Source: an uncultured virus (IMG/VR IMGVR_UViG_3300025803_000010) (Duplodnaviria > Heunggongvirae > Uroviricota > Caudoviricetes). Taken from it: a stretch of DNA of 64,000 bases. Every line of letters begins with the position of its first letter. Positions within the stretch are counted from its first letter, which is position 1. Location: IMG/VR virus record IMGVR_UViG_3300025803_000010. One strand, given 5' to 3'. The notes below the pieces were generated by a model. The model worked only from the letters and a program-made list of their open reading frames with translations, was not told the DNA's origin and ran no database searches. Below, piece by piece: positions 28,322 to 38,632 of the stretch. The position numbers and the translations under genes were made by a program.

Positions 28322-29116
28322 TTAGAAGGGTGTTTTTTCCTGTTGTTCTTCTTTTCCATGATTAACTTTTACTGATCCTTTTTTACAAGTCTCGTAAAAG
28401 CCGAATGCTGCTTCTAAAACAGTCTTATCAGCCACAGGGCCAATATGTTCTATTTCCCAGCCATACCATGATCCTAACTGATTTTTCTCTAAAACAGTTC
28501 GCATTTTATATTGCTGCGTGAATGGAGCAGGTTTAAAGAAACCTTTACCATCAGCTTTTTTCTGTCTTAAAGACATCATCATAGAGTTCCACTTCTTAGA
28601 TTTTTTTCTTTGAGTGGATTTCATAGTAACCAATGCAGTTGATTGAGAACCATCTTCACATATTAAAATATAGTGAGAAGCTGTTTCTTCTACATAGTTG
28701 CCATTTTCAAGTCTATCTTTACCATTATCATCTCTTGTTGTTTTAGACATGATGTCTGATGTTGCAGGATAAACATTTACTGGTGCTACTGCACCTTGGT
28801 CTCTGTCTTTCCATTCGATATACTCTAATTTATAATAACAAGGTATAACTGTAATACCATTTTGACCATTATAAAGTTGGTTCGTTACAGTATTATAAAT
28901 CATACCTGGTCTAGCAGCTTCGATAAACTGACTATCACCTTGTGTTACTTGAGGAGATAATTGTCCTAGCACTTTTAAAAATGGTAATGCTACTGATTTA
29001 GCATCAACATTATCAAAGCCAGTATCAGCAAATTGTTCTAAATTTACTGCAGCTAAAGCTCCTCCTTTTTTAGCTATTACTTCAACGTCTTTCGTTGTTT
29101 TTTCACCGTTATTCAT
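28322..29116 (-). CDS. Putative ssDNA-binding / replication accessory protein
   Basis: LPFLKVL..LSPQ, MKSTQ.KKSKKWNS, C-terminal PF; position in the replication module. Confidence 0.55.
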   Translation of the reverse strand: MNNGEKTTKDVEVIAKKGGALAAVNLEQFADTGFDNVDAKSVALPFLKVLGQLSPQVTQGDSQFIEAARPGMIYNTVTNQLYNGQNGITVIPCYYKLEYIEWKDRDQGAVAPVNVYPATSDIMSKTTRDDNGKDRLENGNYVEETASHYILICEDGSQSTALVTMKSTQRKKSKKWNSMMMSLRQKKADGKGFFKPAPFTQQYKMRTVLEKNQLGSWYGWEIEHIGPVADKTVLEAAFGFYETCKKGSVKVNHGKEEQQEKTPF

Positions 29117-29118
29117 AC

Positions 29119-29661
29119 TTATCCTTTGTTAGTTATTTTAGTTTTATTAGCGATATACACTCCAAACATATCGAAGGGTATTTCTTTACCTTGTTCAACT
29201 TGATCCTTAACAAATGCTTTAAGAGTCATCGGTTCAACTTTTTGTTTTTGATTATAGTTGAAACCAAACTTCTCACAAACACTTATAAGTTCAGACACTT
29301 GATTGTCTTGGCCTCTGCTAAACTGAGTAGTAATAGTATTCTTAATTAAATCTTCATGACCATTACCTCTCAACCAACTGAAGGCTTCTTCAATCCTAGA
29401 CTCAGGAATCTTAGCTGCATAAAAAGGTTTTACTTCTACAGTAGAACCATCTTTAAGTTTAAGCAAAGACACACCTGCTTCTTGCATCATATCTGGAATA
29501 GTTCTCTCTTCTAAATCTCTTGCTTGAGATTTTAGTTTTGAGATTTCTTCTTCACGCTGTTCGATTTGGAGTCGGAGACCGCTAAGTTTTTGACACTGAT
29601 CAGAAATAGATTTAATCTGATCCTGATCTATGTCGATTTTTGACATTTTTTCGATATCCAT
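29119..29661 (-). CDS. Conserved replication-module hypothetical protein
   Basis: IPDMM, AFSWLR.NGHEDLIK, VEPMTLKAFV. Confidence 0.7.
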   Translation of the reverse strand: MDIEKMSKIDIDQDQIKSISDQCQKLSGLRLQIEQREEEISKLKSQARDLEERTIPDMMQEAGVSLLKLKDGSTVEVKPFYAAKIPESRIEEAFSWLRGNGHEDLIKNTITTQFSRGQDNQVSELISVCEKFGFNYNQKQKVEPMTLKAFVKDQVEQGKEIPFDMFGVYIANKTKITNKG

Positions 29662-29733
29662 ATTTATTCCTCCTGGAAACGCTTATAAATAAATTGTTGA
29701 CCAATGCAAGAAGAAAGTTTATTAATTTGTTCG

Positions 29734-31149
29734 ATGTGGAAATACCCGTACAAAACAAAACCCTATGAACATCAGAGGGAAGCACTTAAGATATCTGCAC
29801 ATAAATCTGAGTTTGCTTACTTTATGGAAATGGGCACAGGCAAAACTAAAGTTACTATTGATAACATTGCTTGGTTGTATTTACAAAATAAAATTGATTC
29901 GTGTTTAATTATTGCACCTAAATCAGTTTATACAGTATGGCAAACAGAAATAGAAACACATTTACCTGATGAAGTTGAATATTATATTTACAGATGGAAT
30001 ATAGATAAAAAAAATAAAGATAAAACTAAATTATTAAATATCTTTCTTATTAATGTAGAGGCTTTATCTACTAAGAGAGGTTTTGATGCTTGTATTAATT
30101 ACTTATCTAAAAGACCCCGAAATATGGTAGTGTTGGATGAATCCACAACCATAAAGAACCGAACAGCAAAAAGAACAAAAAACATATTAAAACTACGAAC
30201 ACTATCCGCCATAAGGCGTATACTAACAGGATCGCCAATAACAAAATCTCCATTGGATCTATATACACAATGTCAATTTTTAAATCCACAACTTTTAGGC
30301 TTTAGCAGCTACTTAACATTCAGAAACAGATATGCTGAAATGGGTGATATTCCAGTGGGTTCTGGTAGATATATTAGTATCCCAAAATATTACAAAAACT
30401 TACAAGAGCTAGAAAATAAACTAAAAGGCTTTTCTTCTAGGGTTCGTAAAGACCAATGTTTAGATCTAGAACCTAAAGTAAGGCAGAAAAGATATATTGA
30501 ATTAGAAGGTGAGGCTAAAAGAATATATGAAAAGCTGCGAATCAATGCTCTAGCTATAGTTGAAGATAGCACTATTAGTTTTTCTAATAAACTTACTGAA
30601 ATTATTAAACTGCATCAAGTTTGTAATGGGTTTACTAAAGATGATGATGGTAAAATACTTAACTTGCACAATCATAAACTACAAGCGTTGGAAGATATTC
30701 TTGAAGAAACAGATGGTAAGGTTATTATCTGGGCCAACTACATCCACAACCTAGAAGAAATTATACAGTTTCTTAAAAACAAATATGGTGAAGATTCTGT
30801 AGTAAGTATCTATGGTGCTACTTCAGTAGAAGATAGACAAGAAGCAATACGTAGAATTCAAAAAGATGACAAGACAAGATTCTTTGTGGGTAACCCTACA
30901 ACTGGTGGCTTTGGTCTTACACTTACTGCTTGCAATACAGTTATTTACTATTCTAATAATTATAATTTAGAAGTGCGTATGCAATCAGAAGACCGTGCTC
31001 ATAGAATGGGCCAAAAAGGAACTGTTGTTTATATTGATATTGTAGCACGTGGTACATTAGATGAGGCTATCATGAAGTCATTAACAAATAAAGGGAGAGT
31101 TGCTGCAAAAACATTAGGAGAAGAAGAATTAAAAAGTTGGTTAATATGA
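29734..31149 (+). CDS. SNF2-family (SF2) helicase
   Basis: MEMGTGKT, LDEST, LTGSP, GFGLTL, QSEDRAHRMGQ; probable start MWKYPYK at 29734. Confidence 0.92.
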   Translation: MWKYPYKTKPYEHQREALKISAHKSEFAYFMEMGTGKTKVTIDNIAWLYLQNKIDSCLIIAPKSVYTVWQTEIETHLPDEVEYYIYRWNIDKKNKDKTKLLNIFLINVEALSTKRGFDACINYLSKRPRNMVVLDESTTIKNRTAKRTKNILKLRTLSAIRRILTGSPITKSPLDLYTQCQFLNPQLLGFSSYLTFRNRYAEMGDIPVGSGRYISIPKYYKNLQELENKLKGFSSRVRKDQCLDLEPKVRQKRYIELEGEAKRIYEKLRINALAIVEDSTISFSNKLTEIIKLHQVCNGFTKDDDGKILNLHNHKLQALEDILEETDGKVIIWANYIHNLEEIIQFLKNKYGEDSVVSIYGATSVEDRQEAIRRIQKDDKTRFFVGNPTTGGFGLTLTACNTVIYYSNNYNLEVRMQSEDRAHRMGQKGTVVYIDIVARGTLDEAIMKSLTNKGRVAAKTLGEEELKSWLI

Positions 31150-31185
31150 TTGAAAGTATAATTTTAATAGAAATAGCTTTGCTGA

Positions 31186-31851
31186 CTATTGCTTATTTTG
31201 CAACTCAGTAAAAGTATTTAAACGTTCTAAGAATTTTTCGCCGTACTCTTTGAGGTCGGCTTCAGATAATTTAAATTCTTGGTATTGTAGATTTCTTGTA
31301 CAGATAGATATAACTCCTTGTTCTATAGGGCCGTAGTTTAATGTGTGTGCTAAATAATAAGCACCTAATTGTAATTTATAATCTTCTACCCATTCTTCTT
31401 TTTTAAATTTGTTAGCTTGTTTCCAGTCAACGATAGATGGTTTATCATAAGCCATGGCAACTAAATCACATGTTCCTGCAAATAAATTTTTATATTCTAA
31501 ACTAACTTCATTACCCCATACTTCAGATAACTTAATATTATCTAAAATAATTTTAGCCATCATTCTAGGTTTTGTTCCCTCAGGGGTATCATTATAATAA
31601 CCTTGTCCTGTTAATGTATATTCTAATACTTGGTGCATCTCAGTTCCAATAGAACTAGCTTGTCTCATTATACGATCTGCTTCTTCATTACCCACACGTC
31701 TTCTCCAGTTGTCTAAAAACTTTTGATCTTTAGTAGCACCTAAGATTGTAGTTACTGAAGGTACTTTAGCTTCACCAACTAAATATTTACGCCCGGTTGT
31801 ATCTGAAAATCTATTATAATGTTTATAGGGATATTTTCTGACTAGTTCCAT
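31186..31851 (-). CDS. PD-(D/E)XK exonuclease (MGME1-like)
   Basis: PSVTTIL, GTEMH, AGTCDL, IVDWKQ, QLGAY. Confidence 0.85.
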   Translation of the reverse strand: MELVRKYPYKHYNRFSDTTGRKYLVGEAKVPSVTTILGATKDQKFLDNWRRRVGNEEADRIMRQASSIGTEMHQVLEYTLTGQGYYNDTPEGTKPRMMAKIILDNIKLSEVWGNEVSLEYKNLFAGTCDLVAMAYDKPSIVDWKQANKFKKEEWVEDYKLQLGAYYLAHTLNYGPIEQGVISICTRNLQYQEFKLSEADLKEYGEKFLERLNTFTELQNKQ

Positions 31852-31863
31852 TAGTCATTCATA

Positions 31864-32040
31864 CTACAAATGGTTGGAAAGTACAGCCATAAATATTGCA
31901 AACATTCCGCCTACAATAATCTTTTCTATTCTATTTATTCTTTGTTCCATTCTATCGATTCTATCAAAAGTCTGCTTTTGCATTAATCTGCAAATCTTTT
32001 CGTGATTATCTATTCTATCTAATGCAGATTTTCTAGCCAC
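31864..32040 (-). CDS. Small membrane-anchored coiled-coil protein (58 aa), missing from the ORF track
   Basis: GTG start after AGGAG; ...HEKICRLMQKQ...IIVGGMFAIFMAVL. Confidence 0.65.
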   Translation of the reverse strand: MARKSALDRIDNHEKICRLMQKQTFDRIDRMEQRINRIEKIIVGGMFAIFMAVLSNHL

Positions 32041-35000
32041 GTTTAACTCCTCTTTGTGCTATTGCAGCTCCTGTTGGATCGTTAGGAAATAATGCTTGAA
32101 ATTGATTAGCATCTACTTGTCCGGTAGCCGGTGCTATCATAGGTTGTTGATTATTATTAACAGCTTGTCCAACATCTGCTAACTCCATATCATCAGTTAT
32201 ACCTGCTTGATCAGCTTCTTCATCTCTAGCTGCTTGATCAATTTCAACAGCTTCCTGATTAACCATAGTTGATTTAATATAGTCTACCATTTGATTATCT
32301 GTATTAACGTTACCCGAGCTTTTTGCAAAATCTTGAGCAAACATAGCTTCAAGTGTATCTTTTGGTATTGTTTTATCATCGTATCTAGGTTGTTCAATAT
32401 TGTATGACATATTTAATAACTTTTCTTGGATAGCTTTAGGATCTACATCTTTAGGATTTACCCTTGGTAAATCTTTATCTTCATCAGCCATATAGTTTGC
32501 AAGTCTTGCAAACGCTTCTCTTTTCTGAGTTAAGCCTGCAGCTGTTAATTTAGGATTGATACTTCTTATTTTAAATTTACCATCTACTCCTATACCTTTT
32601 CCTTTAAGACCTTGTACTAATTCATCTACACCTAATGCATCATTCATATATCTTAATGCAGTAGGGTCTGTTAACATTTTACCAGCACGTCTAGCTAATA
32701 ATAAAAATATTGCAGGAGCGAAAGGATTTACTGCAAACATACCCGCACCTACAAACATACCACCAGCTACAGATCCAAATGACCCGAGTGTCATTCTTCT
32801 CTGTAAGAAGGTAGATGTATCGGATAAAGGTACATCCGAAACTGCTTTCATATAGTTAGCGAATTTAAAGAAATCTTGAGCACCATCTTTACCTAGTAAG
32901 CTAGCCATTTTAGCTCTACCTAAGTCTGCTGTAGCTTCTCCTACACCTAACTTGTTCATGAATTTGTTTATATTAAAATCAGCAAAGTCTTTTGGACTAA
33001 ATCTAATTTGACTTAAATCATAAATACCATTGTTTAGTTTTACATCATCTATACTAAAACCTCTTCTTGCTTCCATAGCTTCTGAACCTATTGCTCTCAT
33101 AGCATCTTGTGCATATTCAGTTCCTGCTTTAACACCAAGTGATTCACCAACAACATCTTTAAAGATTGATTGTGCAGCTGGACTTCCTGCTGAATCAAAT
33201 GATCCTAAGAATGCATTAAACATATATCTTGCTTTAGCAGCTTCAAATAATCTTTTTCCATTGTCAGAAGCTTTAGGCCCTGCAGCTCCAATAATAACTT
33301 TGAATTGTTCAATAGCTTCAGGTGAGTTAGATGCAAACACATCTCTTTCCATAGTTTGAAACATCTTATCTCTAGGAAATCTTTGCATTCCATAGATTCC
33401 ATTTACACCTTGTGATGTAAATAAATTTTGATCAAACCCTCTCATTTTACCTACAAGACCACCTGCTTTCTTTAAAAAACCCATAGATGCAGAGAAGGTT
33501 GCATTAGCATCATATAGTTTAGCATAAAGTTGTTCAGCATCTCTTAAGTTGTTGTTTAAAAATGATTCTGCTACTTCTTTACCTTGGCCTTTAGACATTT
33601 CTTCGTACGCAGTTTTAATACCTTCATCTTTTAAAAAAGTATCTTTTGTCAATTTTGCACCAAATGAATTTAAATCATTTTCCATAGCTTCTCTTAACCC
33701 AAATACAGAAGCTCTTATATTTTGATATTGTGTTCCTTCAATAGCTCGGTTCATCATTTTCATTAAACCACCGTATTGTTTAGGAGTAATCATTTCATCA
33801 CCCATCATTTTTACTGCTTGCATAAAAAGATTAAGTGGATCACCTGACATTTTTAAAATTTCATTTATCTTTTGTGGATTAACACCATCAGATATAAATC
33901 TATCCATATTAGGAAACATTTGTCTATTTTGATCTAAAAATTCTGTTGATATTCTTTTTAAATTTTCCATTGGAATAACTTTAGGGTTACCAACTGTTTC
34001 AGCTAATGTATCAAATGCTTTATACTTAGCTCCAATTAATGCAGATCTATCAGCAAATACTTTAGCTGCTTGATTATAAATAGAAGAAGATAATGCGGAT
34101 GTTTTCATGATAGGTGCAAATTTTGCTAATGAATTTAAATATTGTTTACCTGCAGCTTGTTCAGCACCTTGTAAAGCTTCTCTTCCAATACCAGATATAA
34201 ATGGAAATACACCAACTGTTTTAAAATAATCTTTACCTACACCAGATAAAACTCCATCTTCAATCGCAGTGTTAAGTGGTAAAGGTAATCCTTTATCTCT
34301 TGCATATTGTGCCAACTCTTTTGCCTTAGCACCTTTAGTGCCAAATAATTTAGAACCTAATTTACCTATTGGCCCTGAAATAAATGGTGTAAGTGCAGCA
34401 GCTCCTGCGTTCCACATTAAAGCGTTCTTAGTTGCATCTGCAGCATTTAATAAAATATCGTTATCTATTTTTTGTTGAGGTATATCTGCAAACTCATCTG
34501 TAATTGTACTTGCAATTAAAGTTCCTGCTTGTTCATTTAATACATCATAAGTAACAGAACCTACACCAGCACCTGCTGTACCTCCCATAACTGAATATAA
34601 CTCAGCTCTACCTAATGGACTTTTAACTACTTTAGCTGGAGCATCAGCTACTCTTGCAAGTAATTTAAGAGCACCACCAAATAATTTTAATCTGCCAGGC
34701 ATCTTATCTGCTAATTTATCTGCAGCTTTCTTAAAGAAGCCAGGGCCTTTTTGCCATAAGTTTCCTGATTTAGCGGCACCATATATTTTTTTTCTCATTA
34801 GTAAGTATGGTGCAATTGATCCTGATAGGTCACCTGCTAATTCTGCAGTTGGTCTGCCTTTTACAAAGTAAGGATTATCTTCTGCTGCTAAAGCTGCCGC
34901 AATTGGATCTTTAAGGTATTCTTCTTCTCTTGCTATATTTTTAGCAGCAAAACTTCTTTGTGATTGTAGTTCGCCCATTGATGGGCCTTTAAGATCACCT

Positions 35001-35107
35001 CTTTCAATTAAAGTATCTATAATTTGTCTTTGTTCTTTTGATAATCTAGATGGATCTAAACTTTTGTCATCTAAACTTTTCTGTAATGCTTTTATTGATG
35101 TAGCCAT
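32033..35107 (-). CDS. Large internal virion / DNA-ejection protein
   Basis: 1024 aa, helical, Gly/Ala-rich hydrophobic segments; last in the structural operon. Confidence 0.6.
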   Translation of the reverse strand: MATSIKALQKSLDDKSLDPSRLSKEQRQIIDTLIERGDLKGPSMGELQSQRSFAAKNIAREEEYLKDPIAAALAAEDNPYFVKGRPTAELAGDLSGSIAPYLLMRKKIYGAAKSGNLWQKGPGFFKKAADKLADKMPGRLKLFGGALKLLARVADAPAKVVKSPLGRAELYSVMGGTAGAGVGSVTYDVLNEQAGTLIASTITDEFADIPQQKIDNDILLNAADATKNALMWNAGAAALTPFISGPIGKLGSKLFGTKGAKAKELAQYARDKGLPLPLNTAIEDGVLSGVGKDYFKTVGVFPFISGIGREALQGAEQAAGKQYLNSLAKFAPIMKTSALSSSIYNQAAKVFADRSALIGAKYKAFDTLAETVGNPKVIPMENLKRISTEFLDQNRQMFPNMDRFISDGVNPQKINEILKMSGDPLNLFMQAVKMMGDEMITPKQYGGLMKMMNRAIEGTQYQNIRASVFGLREAMENDLNSFGAKLTKDTFLKDEGIKTAYEEMSKGQGKEVAESFLNNNLRDAEQLYAKLYDANATFSASMGFLKKAGGLVGKMRGFDQNLFTSQGVNGIYGMQRFPRDKMFQTMERDVFASNSPEAIEQFKVIIGAAGPKASDNGKRLFEAAKARYMFNAFLGSFDSAGSPAAQSIFKDVVGESLGVKAGTEYAQDAMRAIGSEAMEARRGFSIDDVKLNNGIYDLSQIRFSPKDFADFNINKFMNKLGVGEATADLGRAKMASLLGKDGAQDFFKFANYMKAVSDVPLSDTSTFLQRRMTLGSFGSVAGGMFVGAGMFAVNPFAPAIFLLLARRAGKMLTDPTALRYMNDALGVDELVQGLKGKGIGVDGKFKIRSINPKLTAAGLTQKREAFARLANYMADEDKDLPRVNPKDVDPKAIQEKLLNMSYNIEQPRYDDKTIPKDTLEAMFAQDFAKSSGNVNTDNQMVDYIKSTMVNQEAVEIDQAARDEEADQAGITDDMELADVGQAVNNNQQPMIAPATGQVDANQFQALFPNDPTGAAIAQRGVKRG

Positions 35108-37299
35108 TAGAACATCTCCAATAATTCTTTAGTTGATTTATCAGTGAATGGGTTTGTTAATTCTTCTGGTTGATCACCTGTTCCTGAAGTAATTCCATAT
35201 TTTCTTTTGAAATTATCTAATGTTCCAGTTTCTCCAAGTAATCCATCTCTCCATTGATTTTCTAAAGATTGTATATCTCCTAGGATTGTATTATTCACTG
35301 ACGATAAATCTCTAATTACATCTCTTTGACCTCTTAATAATGGGAAGATGTTTACAAGTTCTTTAGCCATCTTAATATCTTTTTCTGTTAAACGGTCTTT
35401 TGATTTTAATGAGTTCGCTAACGCGTAAACCATCACCGTTTCGTTAATAGCTAATTGAGAAAGTTTCTGTTTATCTTCTTCACCAGTAGCTTGTTGGATA
35501 GCTTTCATAATTTTATCTTTAACAACTGAGTCTCCAAGTAAACTGTCTACTTTTTTCTCAGCTTGTTTTCTTTCTAAATCTTCTCCAACCATTAAGTCAT
35601 TTATTAATTTATCTCTTTCAAACTGTAATCTTTCATTAGCTGCTTCTGCAGAGTCATACATTTTTCTTCCTGTAATATCTTCAAACGCACTTCCTAATCT
35701 TTGACTAAATAAATTGAATCGTCCAACTGGCCCTGCTCCAGTTTCACCTTTTTCTTGAAACTCTCTAAGAATATTAATTGATTTTTGTCCTAATGCATAA
35801 GCTCTGTACTTACCTTCTAGTTCTTTTAACAATTCTATTTGTGGTTTAGCTAATTCATCATTTTTTGCAAATCTATTGTATTGTCCTGGTGGAATTGTTC
35901 TATAAACATTTCTTCCATTTTGATCATACTGTCCTGGCATAGCTACTTGTACTGTACCATCTTTTAATCTAATTCCTGTCATGTTAACCGTTTTTCCATT
36001 TTCGTTAAAAAATTGAACAACACCTGGGTCTCCTTCAGGATATTCATAAGCTTTGTTTTTTCTATCCATTTCATCAGAAGCAATCTCTAATGCACTCTGC
36101 ATAAATTCATTTTGTAATTCATTTTCTTTAAGTTTAATCATTGCATAATTATTTACAGCTGGGCCTAAAGCTCTACCAAATACTTCCATAGCTCCACCAA
36201 TACCAGCTTTGCTTGTAGTACCAGACATTAATCCAGAAGCTAAGTTAGCTAAGAATACAAGTTTAGCTTGCGATGATTGACCTTGCATTAATTCTGTTCT
36301 TATTTTTCTTGCTCTTGCAATAATATCATCTGTAACTTGTGCACCATCTGCAGAAGTTATTCTAGTTGGTTGGTTTAAATTTTCATTTGCTGATGTAACA
36401 ATGTCACCAGCAGATTGTGTTCCACCTGGTTTTTGTTCAGTTTCTTGTGTTTCTATTTTTGCAAGTTTAGTATCCTTTTTAGGTGGTGGAGCATCTGCAG
36501 TAATACCTGTTTCCGGTGGCACTGGTGCGATGTTGTTTACTACTTTAGTTATATCAACTTTAGGCTCTCCAGGTAATTCAGCCATATTATCAGGTACAGT
36601 TAAATTATCTGTAACTCCTGCAACAGCATCATCAAATGGTTTATATCCAACAGCAGTTTCTTTATCTCCTGCACCTCTTCCTGATGCTATTTTATTTCTT
36701 TCACCCGGTTTATTTATTGGTCTTCCTTTAGGATTATTCTTAACCATTTCTTCTAGTGATACTTGATTAATTGGTTTACCTAACACACCTTCAATACCAG
36801 GCATAAAACTTGCATTAGATGCAGTTGTACCTAGTGGTCTTTCTTTAATTAAATCTACTCCTCTTCCGATAACAGGACGTGCTGCTCTATAACCACCATA
36901 TAATAATCCCGCACCAACAGCATATGGATTTCTTGATAACGCTGCAGATATACCTAAATCTGCAACATCTTTTCCAACGCCTGTCATTCCTAATTTTCTT
37001 GTTGCTTCACCAATTAAAGGGTACAACCCAAATGCTCCTGCAGTTCTAGTAGTAGCACCACCCATACCAAAAGGAGCATTAATTAAAAATCTTGGGTCTT
37101 TAATATTTCTTCCTACTCCACCTATATCAGAACCTAACTTTGAAAAAAAACCAGGGCCTTTAGGAGTTGATGTTCTTGGATCTAGTGGAAGATAACTTCC
37201 TGTATAAGTACCAGTATTCGCTTTGATTACTTTAAGATGACCTTTACGTAAAGCTTGTTTTCTAAAAATAGGACGATTTAAAACATTATTAATTGACAT
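35107..37299 (-). CDS. Internal virion / ejection protein
   Basis: 730 aa; VLNRPIFR N-terminus; Gly/Ala-rich segments. Confidence 0.55.
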   Translation of the reverse strand: MSINNVLNRPIFRKQALRKGHLKVIKANTGTYTGSYLPLDPRTSTPKGPGFFSKLGSDIGGVGRNIKDPRFLINAPFGMGGATTRTAGAFGLYPLIGEATRKLGMTGVGKDVADLGISAALSRNPYAVGAGLLYGGYRAARPVIGRGVDLIKERPLGTTASNASFMPGIEGVLGKPINQVSLEEMVKNNPKGRPINKPGERNKIASGRGAGDKETAVGYKPFDDAVAGVTDNLTVPDNMAELPGEPKVDITKVVNNIAPVPPETGITADAPPPKKDTKLAKIETQETEQKPGGTQSAGDIVTSANENLNQPTRITSADGAQVTDDIIARARKIRTELMQGQSSQAKLVFLANLASGLMSGTTSKAGIGGAMEVFGRALGPAVNNYAMIKLKENELQNEFMQSALEIASDEMDRKNKAYEYPEGDPGVVQFFNENGKTVNMTGIRLKDGTVQVAMPGQYDQNGRNVYRTIPPGQYNRFAKNDELAKPQIELLKELEGKYRAYALGQKSINILREFQEKGETGAGPVGRFNLFSQRLGSAFEDITGRKMYDSAEAANERLQFERDKLINDLMVGEDLERKQAEKKVDSLLGDSVVKDKIMKAIQQATGEEDKQKLSQLAINETVMVYALANSLKSKDRLTEKDIKMAKELVNIFPLLRGQRDVIRDLSSVNNTILGDIQSLENQWRDGLLGETGTLDNFKRKYGITSGTGDQPEELTNPFTDKSTKELLEMF

Positions 37300-37307
37300 T
37301 AATCCTC

Positions 37308-38174
37308 CTATTGTTGTTGTCCAGCTTGGTATGCCGTGAATGCTCCTAATCCTGTTCCGATAGATTGTGCTAATGGACTTGTGCCAGGTTGTGTTGTCAT
37401 CGTAATTCCAGACTGTGATTTAGGCCCTGCAGCATATAAGTTTGCAAGAAACTCTGCTCTTTGGTAAGGCTCGTATTGTTGTTGTAAAGTAGTTTGTCTT
37501 TGTGCATCAAGTGCTTGTTGAGCTAATTGCTGTTGAATTCCACCAGAAGCCATTAGTTGATTAATATCTGCTTGAGCCATTTGTTGTTGACCAGCACCTA
37601 AGTTTCCTAATTGTTGACCAGCAGCCATACCTAATTGTTGTTGTCTTTGAGCTGCACCTAATGCAGTTCCAAATCCTTGAGCATTAGCTCTACCCTGAGC
37701 TTCCAAAATTCTATTTTGTAATTCCGCTTGTTGAACACCCTCACGTCCTCCACCAAAGGCACCTTGATTAACTGCCTGTGCCGATAGTTGGTTTTGCATG
37801 ATTTGTCCTTGTCTTCCAATTTCATCAGTAACATAAGATTGATAAGGATTTAAAAATTGATTTATTTGTGATTGACCTACAGGAGCTGCTGCACCTAATA
37901 CTTGTGCTATACCTTGGTTAACAGTTCCAGCACCCGCACCTGTTGTTCCGGCAGCCGTTAGTCCTTGTTGTTGTAAAGCTGATCCAAGACCAGATCCGGC
38001 AACTTGTATACCAGGTAATTTAATTGGATCTTGAGAAACTTGTCTCGCGATATCCATCAACTCAAGTTTTCTTTCTTCTATACCTGGAGCTTCTCTAACA
38101 AATTGTGTTTGAGATGCAGGAGTTGATGCTGGTGCTCCACCGCCTCCACCAAATAAATTACTTACAAAACTCAT
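37308..38174 (-). CDS. DNA transfer / pilot-like protein
   Basis: Gln/Gly/Ala-rich; FLNPY and GAFGGGREG motifs. Confidence 0.6.
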   Translation of the reverse strand: MSFVSNLFGGGGGAPASTPASQTQFVREAPGIEERKLELMDIARQVSQDPIKLPGIQVAGSGLGSALQQQGLTAAGTTGAGAGTVNQGIAQVLGAAAPVGQSQINQFLNPYQSYVTDEIGRQGQIMQNQLSAQAVNQGAFGGGREGVQQAELQNRILEAQGRANAQGFGTALGAAQRQQQLGMAAGQQLGNLGAGQQQMAQADINQLMASGGIQQQLAQQALDAQRQTTLQQQYEPYQRAEFLANLYAAGPKSQSGITMTTQPGTSPLAQSIGTGLGAFTAYQAGQQQ

Positions 38175-38632
38175 TTAATATCCTTTACTAGTTGAACGTG
38201 TTTTTTCTTCCATCCCCATTTTTTGGAAACTTTTTCCCAACCAGGTCTTGCCCAAATGCAAAGTCTTTTACATTTGTTTTGTTTAGCAAAGTTAGTTATA
38301 TGAGCTACAATTTTATCTTCCCATAGCTCTCTTCTTTTACCTGTACATATAATAATTTCTAACTGATCGTAATTAGGCATAGAACCTATTCTTGTTACAG
38401 CTATACCAAATACTTTATTCTCTTCTGTTTCATCAGATCCAAACATAACAAATAGTTGTGCCTCATCTTTTAATAATAGACTATATATGTCAGAAGATTC
38501 TGCATATCTTCCAGAATAAATTAACGCTTCTTTAATCATAAATTCAGCTAAAGGCCAAAATCTTTCTACGTCTTTAGGTAGAACAGGTACAATATTTACT
38601 GATGGTTTAATTTTTTTTGCTGCTCGTGCCAC
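38171..38632 (-). CDS. GNAT-fold-like virion-associated protein
   Basis: FAKQNKCKRL..WARPGWEK motif. Confidence 0.5.
   Translation of the reverse strand: MARAAKKIKPSVNIVPVLPKDVERFWPLAEFMIKEALIYSGRYAESSDIYSLLLKDEAQLFVMFGSDETEENKVFGIAVTRIGSMPNYDQLEIIICTGKRRELWEDKIVAHITNFAKQNKCKRLCIWARPGWEKVSKKWGWKKKHVQLVKDIK

Noticed and set aside
29704..29733. Shared MQEESL N-terminus of the 21009 and 29704 ORFs
   Set aside because: The DNA differs and the helicase probably starts at 29734, so this is likely coincidence.
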